Assembly: GCA_965235115.1 (NCBI GenBank) | Contig: OZ249440.1 | Coordinates: 35,900,001-35,964,000, forward strand | Direction: 5' to 3' | From: Laetmonice hystrix | Lineage: Eukaryota | Length of the DNA: 64,000 bases | Shown here: positions 40,995 through 53,249 of the stretch, piece after piece | Layout of the letters: each line of letters starts with the position of its first letter | Position numbering within the stretch: position 1 is the stretch's first letter | Program-made: the position numbers and the translations under genes | The notes under the pieces: model-generated | What the model was told of the DNA's origin: nothing | Seen by the model: only the letters and a program-made list of their open reading frames with translations | The model's database searches: none

Positions 40995-42765
40995 TCCGAG
41001 TCACTACTTTCCACGTTGGAAGTGTCCATAGCATCTTTTTCGGCTGTCTTCGCCTTTGATTAATCATCTGTCAATGAAAAAAGTGCGTGGAAAGTGATCA
41101 TTCACGATTTGTGAGCATAGGCATAGCCTGACCCCCCAAAATGGGGGAAACAGATGGGGGGGGGGGGGCATTCTTAATAATGTACTGGCGATAATCGGCG
41201 GGGTACGTGCCACTTTCTTAATATTGTGCTGGTGAAAAGTAGGGGCAAGTGCCCCTGTGCCCCCCCCCCCGACGCTAAGCCACTATAGTTGTGTGATTTC
41301 TGAAAGTGACATTCAGTATTTATTAGGTCAGTCTGTTGAGGTTTGCACGAAAATTATCAAGTTCTAGGTTATACTTCTGATTTTCATAACTGAAATAGAG
41401 TAGAACAATTAGAAATTTTCCGTAATTTACTATATTTAAAACATGAATTGGTACGCACCAGTTTGCTTGTAGATCTTGCTCAGTTTATGGAGTGTCCAAC
41501 TTTTCTCTGGCATTACCTTATCGGTCACTGACTTTGTAAACGTTGGTGGTGGCCAGTAACAGAAGTGATGACCCTGGAAAAAGATGTGAAAATGTACCAC
41601 CCCTAGGTGTAATATCAGTTAACCCCTGAAGTGAATAATATTACTTACAGTGTTAATTACTCGTGTCAAAGACTCATGAGGCTTTAGACTCATGAGGCTT
41701 AATATGATGTAAAAAGAAAAAAAGTGTGAACATTAGTGTCAAAAACCACTTCAAACGTCTCTATCAAAATTCTCTACTGCGGATTTCTAGTGATGCTCTT
41801 CACAGCAGTTGTAGTTTCTGCCTTAAATCTTATGACATTAGGAAACAGTCGAATCAGGGCCCAGTTTTTCAAAAATTCTCAACTTAAGTTGAGTAAGCCA
41901 TCTAGATGGAGGCTATGGCATGTCAATGGGGTGGGAAAATTGACAAATAGAACAGAAAAATAAGTTATGAGCCAAATATTTATCTCTTACTTACTGTCAC
42001 ATGACAAGTTCTACAGACAAAATTTTCATCACTACTACTACTGTTTTTTTTCTCTAGCATCCGGAAACCCAGTTACACATTGGCTAAAATTAGTAAATGC
42101 GGTGTATTTAATTTTTCAGCTGCTAGGAGAATACTTCCCCACATTACAACGGTAAAAGTAAATTACCACACTGATGACAGTACACTCCATATTAATTGTT
42201 TCAGGTCTTTCGACAATTTAATCAATGTTTTGATAAAAGTAAAAAGGCTGAGTAAACTAGGATTGTCAAATAATGCAAACTGGTTTCATAATTTATCTAA
42301 GGGTACAATGCATGATAGCTAAAACTATACCTTATGTGGATGTATAACGTATGTGGATGGGACCGTAATCTGTCGTTCTGGAGTGGATTTTCGTTAAATG
42401 CTACAGCAATATCGTAACTCTGTTTCAAGCTGGTGCATTTTTTTTATTTATTTCCATAACTTTAACCAGTATAAAGGGACTCGGTGGTATCCGGTCTTCT
42501 GTCCCTTCTGTTCTGGACTCGTTTGAGTTCCTTACAAGTTTTGTTTGATTTACGGAGGTAGAAAAAAGCAAAATAAGTTAGGTTTAAGGTTTAACTGCTA
42601 TATGTTAGTAGGCACATAATAAATGCATTATTAATGTACAACAATACAATACAGAGGATTTCAGTCTGTAAGGTTGACAGTGGTGGTCTGGTAGCATTCT
42701 TTTTAAAATAATTCGTAATAAAAGTAATTGTAGGGGGGGGGGGGAGGACAGGCAACCTTAATAAT

Positions 42766-43335
42766 CTACACCATGTGAAAAAACTGCTTTATCTTTTTTT
42801 TGAACTGGAGGTAAGTTTCGGCATTTTGGATGTCTCTTGGTAGTTCGTTCCACAGTCTACTTCCTAAAATAATGGGGCACTTTGATGTCTTTGTTAGTTT
42901 AAAATCAGGTATTCTGAGTACAATTTTATCAAACTGCCTAGTAGGTAAGGACCTGGAATCTAAATATTCATTCATACTGCTACGTTTATACATAAGACCT
43001 AGTAAATGTATTTTTCTTCTGTCACTGAGGCTGGGAAGTTTGGATTCAGTGCGCATCTCCTGCACATGCATTGTGCAGTTGTTATATACACTTCTTAAGG
43101 CTCTATTCTGCAAGGTTTCAATCTTTTTTAATTTATCGGGAAGTAGCAGGTACATGAAATCATTATAGTCTAGTAGAGGAAGTATAGTAGTTTTATAAAT
43201 TGTTAGTGCTGTTTCTTTGTTTACCAGATACCTGAGTTTAGCAAGGTTTACTATTTTACTATTTATTGAATTCATGAGTTTGTTGTATTGTGGTATCCCA
43301 GTCATGTGTTGATCTATCATGGTTCCTAAATACCT
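42766..43335 (-). mobile_element. CR1/L2-type LINE RT C-terminus
   Basis: IYKTTILPLLDY, LQNRALR and GSRLWNELP motifs. Confidence 0.8.
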
Positions 43336-43464
43336 ATTTATAACCTTTCAAAAACGTTTCAACCTAGTCTAATTAACGTTATCAGGACGTTTTTGTAAAA
43401 CGTTTTCCTTCCAACTTTTTATAAACGTTTCATAACGTTATTCTGACGTCTGTTGCTAGCTGGG

Positions 43465-43545
43465 TCGTCTCTTCTAATAGCAATAATCCATCGTTTTTTA
43501 AGGCCTTCGTCTTTAGGAAAGTTGTGAAAAGAAAGCTTTCTCCTA
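43465..43545 (-). mobile_element. THAP fragment
   Basis: Minus frame reads LSFHNFPKDEGLKKRWIIAIRRDD. Confidence 0.6.
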
Positions 43546-44949
43546 TTAGTATATGTCCTATTTGCCGCGCATGCGCGTGTGCAGAAGGGGGGTGCGCGGC
43601 AAATGAATTATTTTAACGTTAAGGGGGCATTTTCTTTCCAAATAGGTCCCCAATATAAGTCCCTGTAATGTTGAGTCAAGTTCTTTGTTGTTTCATTTTT
43701 GGCTTTATTCTTCAAACGCGCACGAAGCGGTGAAGCTGTACAGGACAGACAGACAAAGGAACGTTTTAACAATACATGCGCACAAGGAACACATGACGAA
43801 GCAACATTACATACGAATAAGCCAAAGATTAACATAACATAAGACGCACAAGGTACATTACATGGACAATATTACAGAAGGAAAATATAATATTGATAAA
43901 TATATAAATTATGAAATGTCCAATTAAATATTTCACTTACAATTTGTGGGTTCGCCTAAACTTCCCCAACATTATGGGGGGTAGCGCCATCTTGAGTGGC
44001 ATTACATGACTATTATTCTCCTATGGTATAAATGAACAGTTTAAGTTAACAGTGGGAAACGTGATATTCGAAGAACCTATAACAGGCGACAAACTCATAC
44101 ATCCATTTAACCCTCCACGGGCGACATAACATAACCCACTGGAAACTAAGGAATATTGTAAATTTATAACGAGAAACCCATTACGGGCAGGCTACGTTGA
44201 CACGACACAATTGGATTCCCAACAAATTTCAACACATAAATAACACCAGATAATTAAACAAAATACATAAAATAATAACTCATCTAGATAGTCCTATATC
44301 ATTTACGAACGTTACTGCATAAAACCTATTTCAATATAAAGAACAAAATGCAGGATGGCGTCGGATTAGGCTATACCATAAACTGACCTTCAAGTTGACA
44401 TGTTGCTTCAACGGTGACTTTGAGCAAAGTGAATATCAATCACTAGTTCTGGTCATGTGACAAATTGATTTAATTGATTTGACCACTAGGGGTATATTTA
44501 AAGGGATAGGCACCAGGTGGACACAAGTCGTTTTGACACACATATAGGAAACACCAAACACATAGCACACAGAAAACACCAACTACAAAATTCACTTGTC
44601 AACATATAACTTTGACGACAACAGTCCCCAATACCCGAGTTTTCCCAAATTTCCACCCCTGACAAACGCATTGAGTTTTAAAAAATGCTGGGGTGCACGG
44701 CAAATAGGAGGTGCACGGCAAATAGGACATATACGGTATCTGTATCTTTTCTGCATGTCTGGAGTCGTTTGTGCATAATGGTACACAACAGTGCCCCATG
44801 ACGGTTACGTCAAGGCCATGCGTGACCTTGCGGTGTCAGCCTCGCTTTGGTTTCACAATGGCGAATCCGTGAATGAGGTGAATAGACACTGAAGCATGTG
44901 GTGATTTTACTCTCATCAGACAAAGGTTTTATAATGAGACGAGTCTTAA

Positions 44950-47711
44950 CCCTATGGGCCCTAGGCGCCGATTTATCGGCCGAATTCTGACGTCAAACCT
45001 AGCCCGACGAGCCGATGTGTCGGCTTTGTTGACACTCCATTTTGAAATAGCTCTCAGAGGCGCTTAATCTGAACAAACCAATGAGAAAATAGTTTATATC
45101 GGCTGTACGGAACCTAGGCTTCTTAATACACTCTCTGATTGGTCAAGTCATGGAAATCTCCTGTTTGGAGGTCGAAATACGAAGCCTTCCTTCCGAAACC
45201 ACGTGACTCACCATAACAACAAAGATGGCGGCGGCCAAACGTTGTCCTTGGCCAAGCGGTCGTGACGGTAATTTTAGCTTGGATTCCGATGAAGAAAGTT
45301 TTGAAGGATTTGATATAGATCCAGAAGAATTGATAGAAAGGGACAGGATTATTCTAGAACAACTTAAACGTCTAGAAGATGTGGATGTAGACATATCGTC
45401 CAGCGAAAGCGAACTTTCAGATATTGGTACAGGTGAGAGCAGCGAGTCTGACAGCGATGTTGACGGCTCTGATGTGGGGTCCGCTCCGCCAGTCACGGCG
45501 ACCGCCAGTCGGTGGCATTCAGTAACTGATGAGATTGAATCATCCAGACCCAGTAAACATCTGTTTGTTGACATTTCTGGTCCTCAAAATGTGCCACGAA
45601 ACGTATCAAAACCTGTGCAGTTTGTCAATCTATTCTACAGTGCTGCCCTGCTTCAGCACATAGTGACAGAGAGTAATAGGTATTTCAGACAAACATCAGA
45701 GAGATATGACAGGGACGTGATGAATGGAAAGAAACCTTCTAAATCATTTGAACGGCAACGGGCCTGGTTTGAAAAGAATGGACTGATGACAATGGCGAGA
45801 GTGAAGGCTCTTTTTGGTATGCTTCTCAACATGAGTTTAGTTTGGAAACCCAGGATGAAAGACTACTGGAACTTGAAGGACTACCTCCAGAGAACTCCTA
45901 GCTTTGGTGACTTTTTTGCCAGGGACAAGTTTTTCTTTGCGCTGAGGTTTCTACATTTCAACAACAATGAAACTATGATAAAAAAAGGAGAGCCAGGATA
46001 TGATCCACTTCACAAAATTAGACCAATAATTGACATGCTGAATAGCTATTTTTCTAAATTCTATATTCCAGAAAAGCATGTGTCAGTTGATGAGAGTTTG
46101 ATTGGCCTGAAGAACAGAACTGGACTTATGCAATACATTCCCAATAAGAAACACCATCGATGGGGTGTCAAGTTGTGGGTGTTGGCTGAAAGCAGCACTG
46201 GGTATGTCTGGCAGATCCGCGTATATACTGGGAAAGTGTATGACCGTATGCAGTCTGCATTTGGGCAAGGGTATGCTGTGGTTTTTGAATTAATGAAAGG
46301 TCTGCTGAATAAAGGTCATACCCTTGTGGTAGACAATTTCTACACATCGTTTCAACTAGCAACAGACCTCTATGCACAGAAAACATATTTGATTGGAACA
46401 CTGAGACGTAACAGAAAAGGAATTCCTCCTCAGATACTAAAGGCTAAACTTCAACCCCCTTCATCAGTGCACTTCCGCAACAACTACATTTTTTGTACAG
46501 CCTTCCGAGAAAAGAAAAGTCAATCAAAAGCAGTTCTGGTCCTTTCTACAGAAAATATTGCAACAAATGTCAGTGTGAAAAGGAGGGGAATGAATATAGA
46601 CGTGCCAGAATCAATTGCAGACTACAATACTCACATGGGTGGGTGTGACCTGGCAGACCAGAAAGTGTACAATTATGAGGATGAAAGGAGAAGCTATAAG
46701 TGGTACATGAAAGTTTTTACTAATTTTATGCACAGGGCACTTTTGAATGCATACATTATATATGTAAAAACTCTGATGCAAAGAAAGGAGGAAAGCAGAA
46801 ATAATCCGGGATTCAAGGAATGTGACTTCCGTCCTCTCACAAGGGAAAAGTTTTTGAAGTCAGTAGTAAAGGACCTCCTTGGAAACTACTCTGACAAAGA
46901 AGTGCCCTCTCCTCCAGAACTTGTCCCTGGCAGGCAGTGTGTCCTCAACAAGCTTCCCACAATCACAACAAAAAGTGGGAAAAAACGGCAACAGGAGAGA
47001 GAATGCAACGTGTGTAGTGTTTCTGGAATGAAAAGAAAACGATCCACATTCCATTGCTCAAGTTGCAATATTGGCGTGTGCCCTGCATGTTTTGAGGAAC
47101 ACAAAAAGAAGAAACTGAGTTAACTTTCTTCTCTGCAACGCCCTTGTAAATAGCATTTATAACTTTTAGTCATAGGAACTGTAAATAACTGTACATATGT
47201 TGATGGATTACAACCAAAAAATTACATCGCACGACTGACTGCACTGCCTGCTATGCCGCATGAAGTCAAGAGATCCATCATGCATGCTTTGAGGTTCGGT
47301 AGGTCATCACATTCTTTTTATCATATCTCTAAAGGTTTTCAAGTTATCAACACTAACTTTTGTGCACATTTGGCATGGGCATCTCTCTTTCATTTGCACT
47401 TACGTCTGTGGGATTATCTGCAAATCCCCCCCCAAAAAGTTCTGCATGGTGACTGCAAATGGAAAAAAAAATTGGGGGGGGTTCCTCAAGCCTCTTTCTT
47501 TACCAATTTTTGAAGTATTAGAAAGAAAATGGCACTACTAGATTCCACAGAACGTCAGCTTTTCAAAAATGTATACTTTACATATGTTTATTATGATGTA
47601 TGATGCACTAGAGCAGTTTGAGTGCATTGACCAACGCCGTGAGTGACTTGGCCTGATTTAGGCTAGGGCTGGGAGTGACAATGACGTCACAATGCGCTAG
47701 GGTCCATAGGG
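44950..47711 (+). mobile_element. Full-length piggyBac transposon (2762 bp)
   Basis: TTAA at 44946-44949 and 47712-47715; TIR CCCTATGG(G/A)CCCTAG. Confidence 0.95.
45225..47123 (+). CDS. piggyBac transposase (632 aa, intact)
   Basis: Acidic N-terminus; VDES, VDNFYTS and MGGCDLADQ catalytic motifs; C-terminal Cys-rich domain. Confidence 0.95.
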   Translation: MAAAKRCPWPSGRDGNFSLDSDEESFEGFDIDPEELIERDRIILEQLKRLEDVDVDISSSESELSDIGTGESSESDSDVDGSDVGSAPPVTATASRWHSVTDEIESSRPSKHLFVDISGPQNVPRNVSKPVQFVNLFYSAALLQHIVTESNRYFRQTSERYDRDVMNGKKPSKSFERQRAWFEKNGLMTMARVKALFGMLLNMSLVWKPRMKDYWNLKDYLQRTPSFGDFFARDKFFFALRFLHFNNNETMIKKGEPGYDPLHKIRPIIDMLNSYFSKFYIPEKHVSVDESLIGLKNRTGLMQYIPNKKHHRWGVKLWVLAESSTGYVWQIRVYTGKVYDRMQSAFGQGYAVVFELMKGLLNKGHTLVVDNFYTSFQLATDLYAQKTYLIGTLRRNRKGIPPQILKAKLQPPSSVHFRNNYIFCTAFREKKSQSKAVLVLSTENIATNVSVKRRGMNIDVPESIADYNTHMGGCDLADQKVYNYEDERRSYKWYMKVFTNFMHRALLNAYIIYVKTLMQRKEESRNNPGFKECDFRPLTREKFLKSVVKDLLGNYSDKEVPSPPELVPGRQCVLNKLPTITTKSGKKRQQERECNVCSVSGMKRKRSTFHCSSCNIGVCPACFEEHKKKKLS

Positions 47712-47929
47712 TTAAGGATCTTTTTAGCAATGTCAGACCAGGAGTCATTTTAGAGTTCTTGTCAGAGGCTGGACTTCTGACTCTTAGATGTGTTTTGGTG
47801 GTGTTCCTGTTGGGACCCGGGATAAAATAGGTTCCTTTGATTTTATGGTCTTATAACTCTGTTTTCGCCGTGAAGATGGCCCCGGATGCCGACACGGCGC
47901 AAAACCACCACTACTCACTCACTCACTCA

Positions 47930-49627
47930 CAACGGCCATTTGGTTCACCCAATCGGTTGGCTCACTAAAAGGGGTCAAGATCCCCAGGTCATCAGTCGAT
48001 CAAGTTCAGCACGAACCTTGTCGTGTATGGCAAACGGAATCCTCCGAGCAGGCAGGACTTGTGGAGTACAGTCATACTTAGTGTGGAGCTTCACTTTTCC
48101 TTGTAATTTGCCAATAGATGTACCAAAAACACTGCGAAATTGGTCAAGTATAGTGGTGACCCCAACAGATGCTACTTTAAAGGTGTTGTCGTTGACAGTG
48201 ATCAAGTCCATGTCAGTAACGGTTGGGAGTCCAAGTAAGTTCGACAGGTCATCAGACACAACGATGAAGAGGACATTATGACACTCACCAGTCACAGGGT
48301 TTGTAACTCGAAGTTTAGCCTCACCAATGGGGTCGACCGGTGCTCCATTCCAGGCTACGAGCTTTCGTCGAGTAGGAGTTATCAAGGAGGAGTCGATATG
48401 ACGCTGGCAGATGGTGTTGATTTCTGCCCCGCTGTCAAGCTGGAACTTCACATCCTGGTCCTGAACTGTCATGAGAGCACACAGTTGCTGACGGTCGGAG
48501 GCAGATTTATCCAGTACTGACTGAGAGTCAGTAGTAGGTACCTCCTCAAGAGCATGTATGTTTGACCTTGACTTTCTAGGACACTTGCTGGCAAAGTGAT
48601 TCAGTTGTTTACAGTGATGGCACGTCTTTCCCCACGCCGGACACAGCTCCTTACGTAAGACATGCTGAGTGTCACAAAATTTACAGTCTTTCACCCCACG
48701 CCTGACCTTAGCAGTCTCTGGTCTGAAATTAGGCCTCGCAGATTTCTAGGGGTTTTTATACCTGTTTTGTTGCTTGCCAGCCTGCAGTTTATTTACACTG
48801 AGTGGTGTGGGGCCTGCAGAAAAATGTCCTTCACTTGGCCCACAGTTATTTCGTAGGCCCGGCAAATGTCAATTAGCCTGTGCAGTGGTAGATTATCCTG
48901 TTCCCGGATGAGTCGGGCTTTGAGATTAGAGTCAGCTATGGTGAACATGATTTTATCACGAAGCATTCGATCAGTAGACTCACCGAAGTTACACGACTTG
49001 GCCTTCGTCCTAAGATCCGCCACAAAATGATCAATAGGTGAGAGTAGAGGACTAGTCCAGAATTTGTAGCTTTCGTAGACTTCACTTTTATGAGGACTAC
49101 AGTATTGCTCGAGCTTCACGAGTAAAGTGTCCGGTTGATCCCAATTTTCAGCAGCAATGACACCACCACCAGGTCGTTCAGGAGCAAAGACTAGGTGATT
49201 CGAGATCTCCAACACATCTTCCCCCGCCAGATTAAGGATGATAGCAGCCTTAGTCCTGGCAGGCTTATCGTCGATCCCACTAGCAGACATGTAAACTTCG
49301 AATTGCTGTCGCCACTTATGGAAGTTCTCCGCAACGTTGCCGTTGACGATATCCAGCTGCCCAGGGGTTCGGAAAACATGCTCAGCGGCCATGTTGGATG
49401 ACTAGGACCAAGAGTAAGAGTGCTGGCGCTCAGATGCCCAGAAAACTTACCACCGGGAGTTCAGCTTGCTTTAGACAAAGCGTACCGCTGCCAGCAAATC
49501 TAGTGGGATTTAGAGACAGAGACTTAGGACAATGTGTTCTAGTAGCCAGGAGTGGTCGAGAGCGCCCCCTTGCGCATGCGCACTATGGTCAGTGGCGCGC
49601 TCATTTAAAATGGGAAGCCACCTGACA
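47930..49627 (-). mobile_element. Gypsy 5' part: gag, zinc knuckle, protease and RT start
   Basis: GNVAENFHKWRQQF, CHHCKQLNHFASKC, LDSGAE, PTDWVN. Confidence 0.88.
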
Positions 49628-49984
49628 ATATAGTCGGCAGGGGATAAATGCTTTGCTCCCCGCAGAAAGTCCTTGTTCAGTATATTGAAGTGGTTTTCTA
49701 TTGGAAAGTTTTGACTGCCAATGGATGTCCTTTGGGAGTAAGCATCAACTCCACAGCAGGAACAGGTCTAGCTGCTTGCTGACGGTTTCTAGACACTCCA
49801 AATTGAAATGGTCATTTACCAGGCCTTTGACATCCCTACCATGGTCTTCCATTTCCTCCTGTGTGAATGTCTTATCCCCTGTAGCTTTTACTTTCATGCT
49901 GAGTGCCTTGTATGTTTTTTTCATCTTATCAGTGAGAACCCGCTCTCCAAGGACAAGCTGCATGTCCTGATAGATCAACGACGC

Positions 49985-51403
49985 ACTGTCAAGAGTCTGA
50001 AAGGTCTGAAAGAAATCATTAAACTTATTTGAAATGACACATTCATCGTTAATTGAGGTCCCTGATTCATTAAAATATGTCGGATATTCCACCTTTTTAT
50101 CCTTGTTCAGTAATTCTCTAATTATCTCCCAATACATTCTAACATTTGATTTATGTTCATCAAGTTTGTTATTGTAATAAGATCTCTTTACATTAGACAT
50201 CTTTTTAGCAAGAATTCTTTTGAATTTCTTATAGATATTTTTATTAAGCTGGGTTTTATTAAGCTGGGTTGGGTATCTTTTTGATTTACTGTAAAGTTTA
50301 TTCTTCCTTTTTATTTCCACCTTTAATTCGTTAGTAACCCCCGGTAGCTTATCTTTGTACTTACTTCCAACACTTTTCACCTTAATATGCTGTTCGATTT
50401 TTTTACGAATAATTTGATGTAAGTAACTATAAGCAGCTTGCATTTCTTTTAGGTTGACCAATCGAATTGACTAAGATCAAAAACAAAATTATTTCTGTTT
50501 TTAAAGGAAAAGTCCCTAATTTTAATTGCCTTCTTATGGCAACTCTTTACTTTGACCTGCATATAACTATAAATTAAAAAATGGTCACTTATGTCCGTAA
50601 AAACTATCCCTCCACCTAAGTTATGACCGTTCTTAATAAATATATTGTCAATTAAGGTTTTGCTACTTTGTGCCCAGCGAGTGGGTTTAGTTACAATAGG
50701 GAAAAAGTCGCTAGTTACCATAAGATTGAAGAAAGTTGAAATTTTACAGTTATCTCGAACACGGAGGAGATCAAGGTTGATATCACCACATATGTACACC
50801 ACATCATTTGAGTGGTTCGTGACCTGCTCATTAAAACTGTCAATATCACCCTGGGGAGGCCTATAAATACATCCAATAACGGCCTTTGTATTGCCTAACA
50901 GGGCGACCTTGACAAACACGCTTTCAATATGTGGACATGAGAAACATAAATTTTTCATATAATAAGCTGTGCCTCCTCTTTTACAGTTAGTAAGAGTATA
51001 AGTCGACATTGCACATATTAAACCAGGTCTCAGTTAAGCAGATGACAGTGTTCCAATACAGGACTTAGCAAAGTTACAAGCTGCTCCAAGTTTTTAGGAA
51101 CACTTCTAATGTTCAAACAAATGAGTACGGGTGCATTTGCCCCTTCAAGAAGTCTTCAGTATCATGATATTCACAATCAGTATTAACACCCCCAAATAGG
51201 TTATAGTCAGGGTCACAATCCCTTTCCCACTCACACAGATCACTCTCGTTTTCGATAAAAACAAACTGTTCTTGGGTTAAGTTACACATAGGCATTTTAT
51301 CATTATCATTATCAAAATCAACATTTTGAAAGGGGAACAAAGTTGATAAACAACACTGAAAGACGTTTTGAGTCACATTTCCACAGAGACATTCACTAGC
51401 CAT
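49985..51403 (-). mobile_element. CR1/L2-type LINE ORF2 N-terminus (AP endonuclease), degenerate
   Basis: GCIYRPP, GDINLDL, KPTR..LIDNIF and SDH motifs. Confidence 0.85.
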
Positions 51404-51609
51404 TTATAATTATTTTACAGATACAATTATGGCTGAGACCATAGCGATAACCACCAGAAACATACCACATTAAATCGATTCAAGAATATACCACCAAGAA
51501 GAGAACAAACTTAATAATAAATTCAGTCACGTTAATTTAATAAAGTTAAGTTAGGCACAAGCTAAAGGACTATAACAGCGTAGGCACACTGAGAGAATGC
51601 TTTCGGGGT

Positions 51610-52100
51610 TCATTTGTTTCTGAAGTAAGACCGTACTTCAGCTAAAAGCTTCCCAAGTGTGTTTTGCCCTGACCAGGTCCTGTCCGTCAGTGCAGCCGCA
51701 TTCATCATAACACCGGCCCCCCAGAAGTGGTCTCGAGTGGTCTCGATAAGGGTCAGATTGGCCGTAGCCTCAAGTTTCTGCTGGAGAGTAACATTCTGAG
51801 AAAACTTTGCCAAAAGAGTGGACTTCATTACTTCTTCCCTTTTTTGAAGCCAGCCCGACTCCCTCCTTGGTTTTGCCAGGTTACCTAGTCTCATCATGGC
51901 AAGGCAGTCAGTTTGCAGCATAATTTTCTTAGCTAGATCATCTCGACCTGCGGCGCGAGCTTTATGGGTTTGAAATGCTTGTTCAGCTGAGTTAAATTTC
52001 TCATTGTTCATAGCGACAGTGCAGGGGTAAAAGTTACTTAAGGGAGAATGCTTACTGTAGAATCCAATACTGTGGTTTGGCCTGCTCATTATAAGAGTTT
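51610..52100 (-). CDS. NADAR (YbiA-like) domain at the ORF1 position of the CR1/L2-type LINE
   Basis: PLSNFY, SAEQAFQ..KA, KFSQN, E..RDHFWGAG and GQNTLGKLLAEVR; ends ~200 bp before the ORF2 ATG. Confidence 0.85.
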
Positions 52101-52601
52101 GGCTGCCGCCTTCGTCGTGTGCATGCAATGGTGCCCTTACGTACTAAGGGTATAAAGGCGATATTATGTGTCTGATGGCGTTTCCCTGAAGGGCGCATGT
52201 TTGAAGTAAGTGTTGCTCGCGTGTTATGTTGTAAGACATGTGATTTGTATGCGATATTCAGTTACATGTATGCATGGTTCGTGTGCAGTGTAATGTTCTG
52301 TAAGCCTGAAATACGTAGAGTTTCTAATGTTAGCAGATGCATTGCTCATGTGCGCTTTGGTTATTGCCTTAGCTTGATATAACGCATGTTCCTTACTTTG
52401 TGTGCCTAGCCTTATTTGCTTGCTTATTTATGCTTTGTAGTTCACCGCATGCCGTATGCTGCTCATAGCTGAGCTTTGCTACGCATAGTTACGCATGGCG
52501 ACGCCTAACTTTGGATGGTGCCGCACGGCTGTGCGCGTCGAATAAAACAGGTTGGAACCACTCATGACTGTTTGCGTCAGTTTTCCCTGGGGAACGCTAC
52601 A

Positions 52602-52737
52602 GTTGGGTTAGGCCATGATGATACCTTTGGTTTACGATGGGACTGATCTGATACAACTTATTGTTTGGTTGTTCGTCCCATTCGGCCTGCCATTTGTTTT
52701 TAACATAAGCCCAGATGGTAGGTCTGAGGTCAGAGGC
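52602..52737 (-). mobile_element. Only minus-strand piece of the I-group LINE
   Basis: Reverse complement of gcctctgacctcag...ggcctaacccaac. Confidence 0.9.
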
Positions 52738-53033
52738 GTATTGGGAAGCCCAGACAAGGAAGTGATCGGCCCATTATTGTGAAATTCCACTCCCTGGACT
52801 ATAGACAAAGTGTGTGGGCAAGTGAAACAAAACTAAAAGGTACACACTTATTTATGAACGAGGACTATTGTGAACAAACCAAAGCGGAGCGATCCAAACT
52901 TATACCCATTATGGAGGAAGCCTGGAAGCACAATAATCATACAAAACTTGTGGAGGCTCAACTTATCATTTATGGCACCCTTTACAACTTTCAGCAAAAT
53001 CGACTTAAGTGTAAGTTGGATTCAGGGAAGTAA
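52738..53033 (+). mobile_element. LINE ORF1 fragment
   Basis: RPIIVKFH...LFMNEDY..TKAERSKL. Confidence 0.7.
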
Positions 53034-53249
53034 GTCCTATCTATCAATGGGTGTATTTCTGCTAAACATCCTTCTATAAAGCTATCGGTCACAGAACAGA
53101 AGGAAGCACGTCCATCCAAGTGCAGTGTAGAGACAACTTGTTTATGTCCATTTCTCGAAACTTGAACTTTTGGACTTGCTTCCTTTTGTCATTTCATGGC
53201 AGAGTAGTAGTAAATTAATTAATATAGAAATCTATAGATACATGTACTT

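Larger units (their letters stand above)
44885..47929 (+). mobile_element. I-group LINE 3' piece split by piggyBac at its gtcTTAAgg site
   Basis: ...gagacgagtcTTAA [piggyBac] TTAAggatcttttt...tail. Confidence 0.92.
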
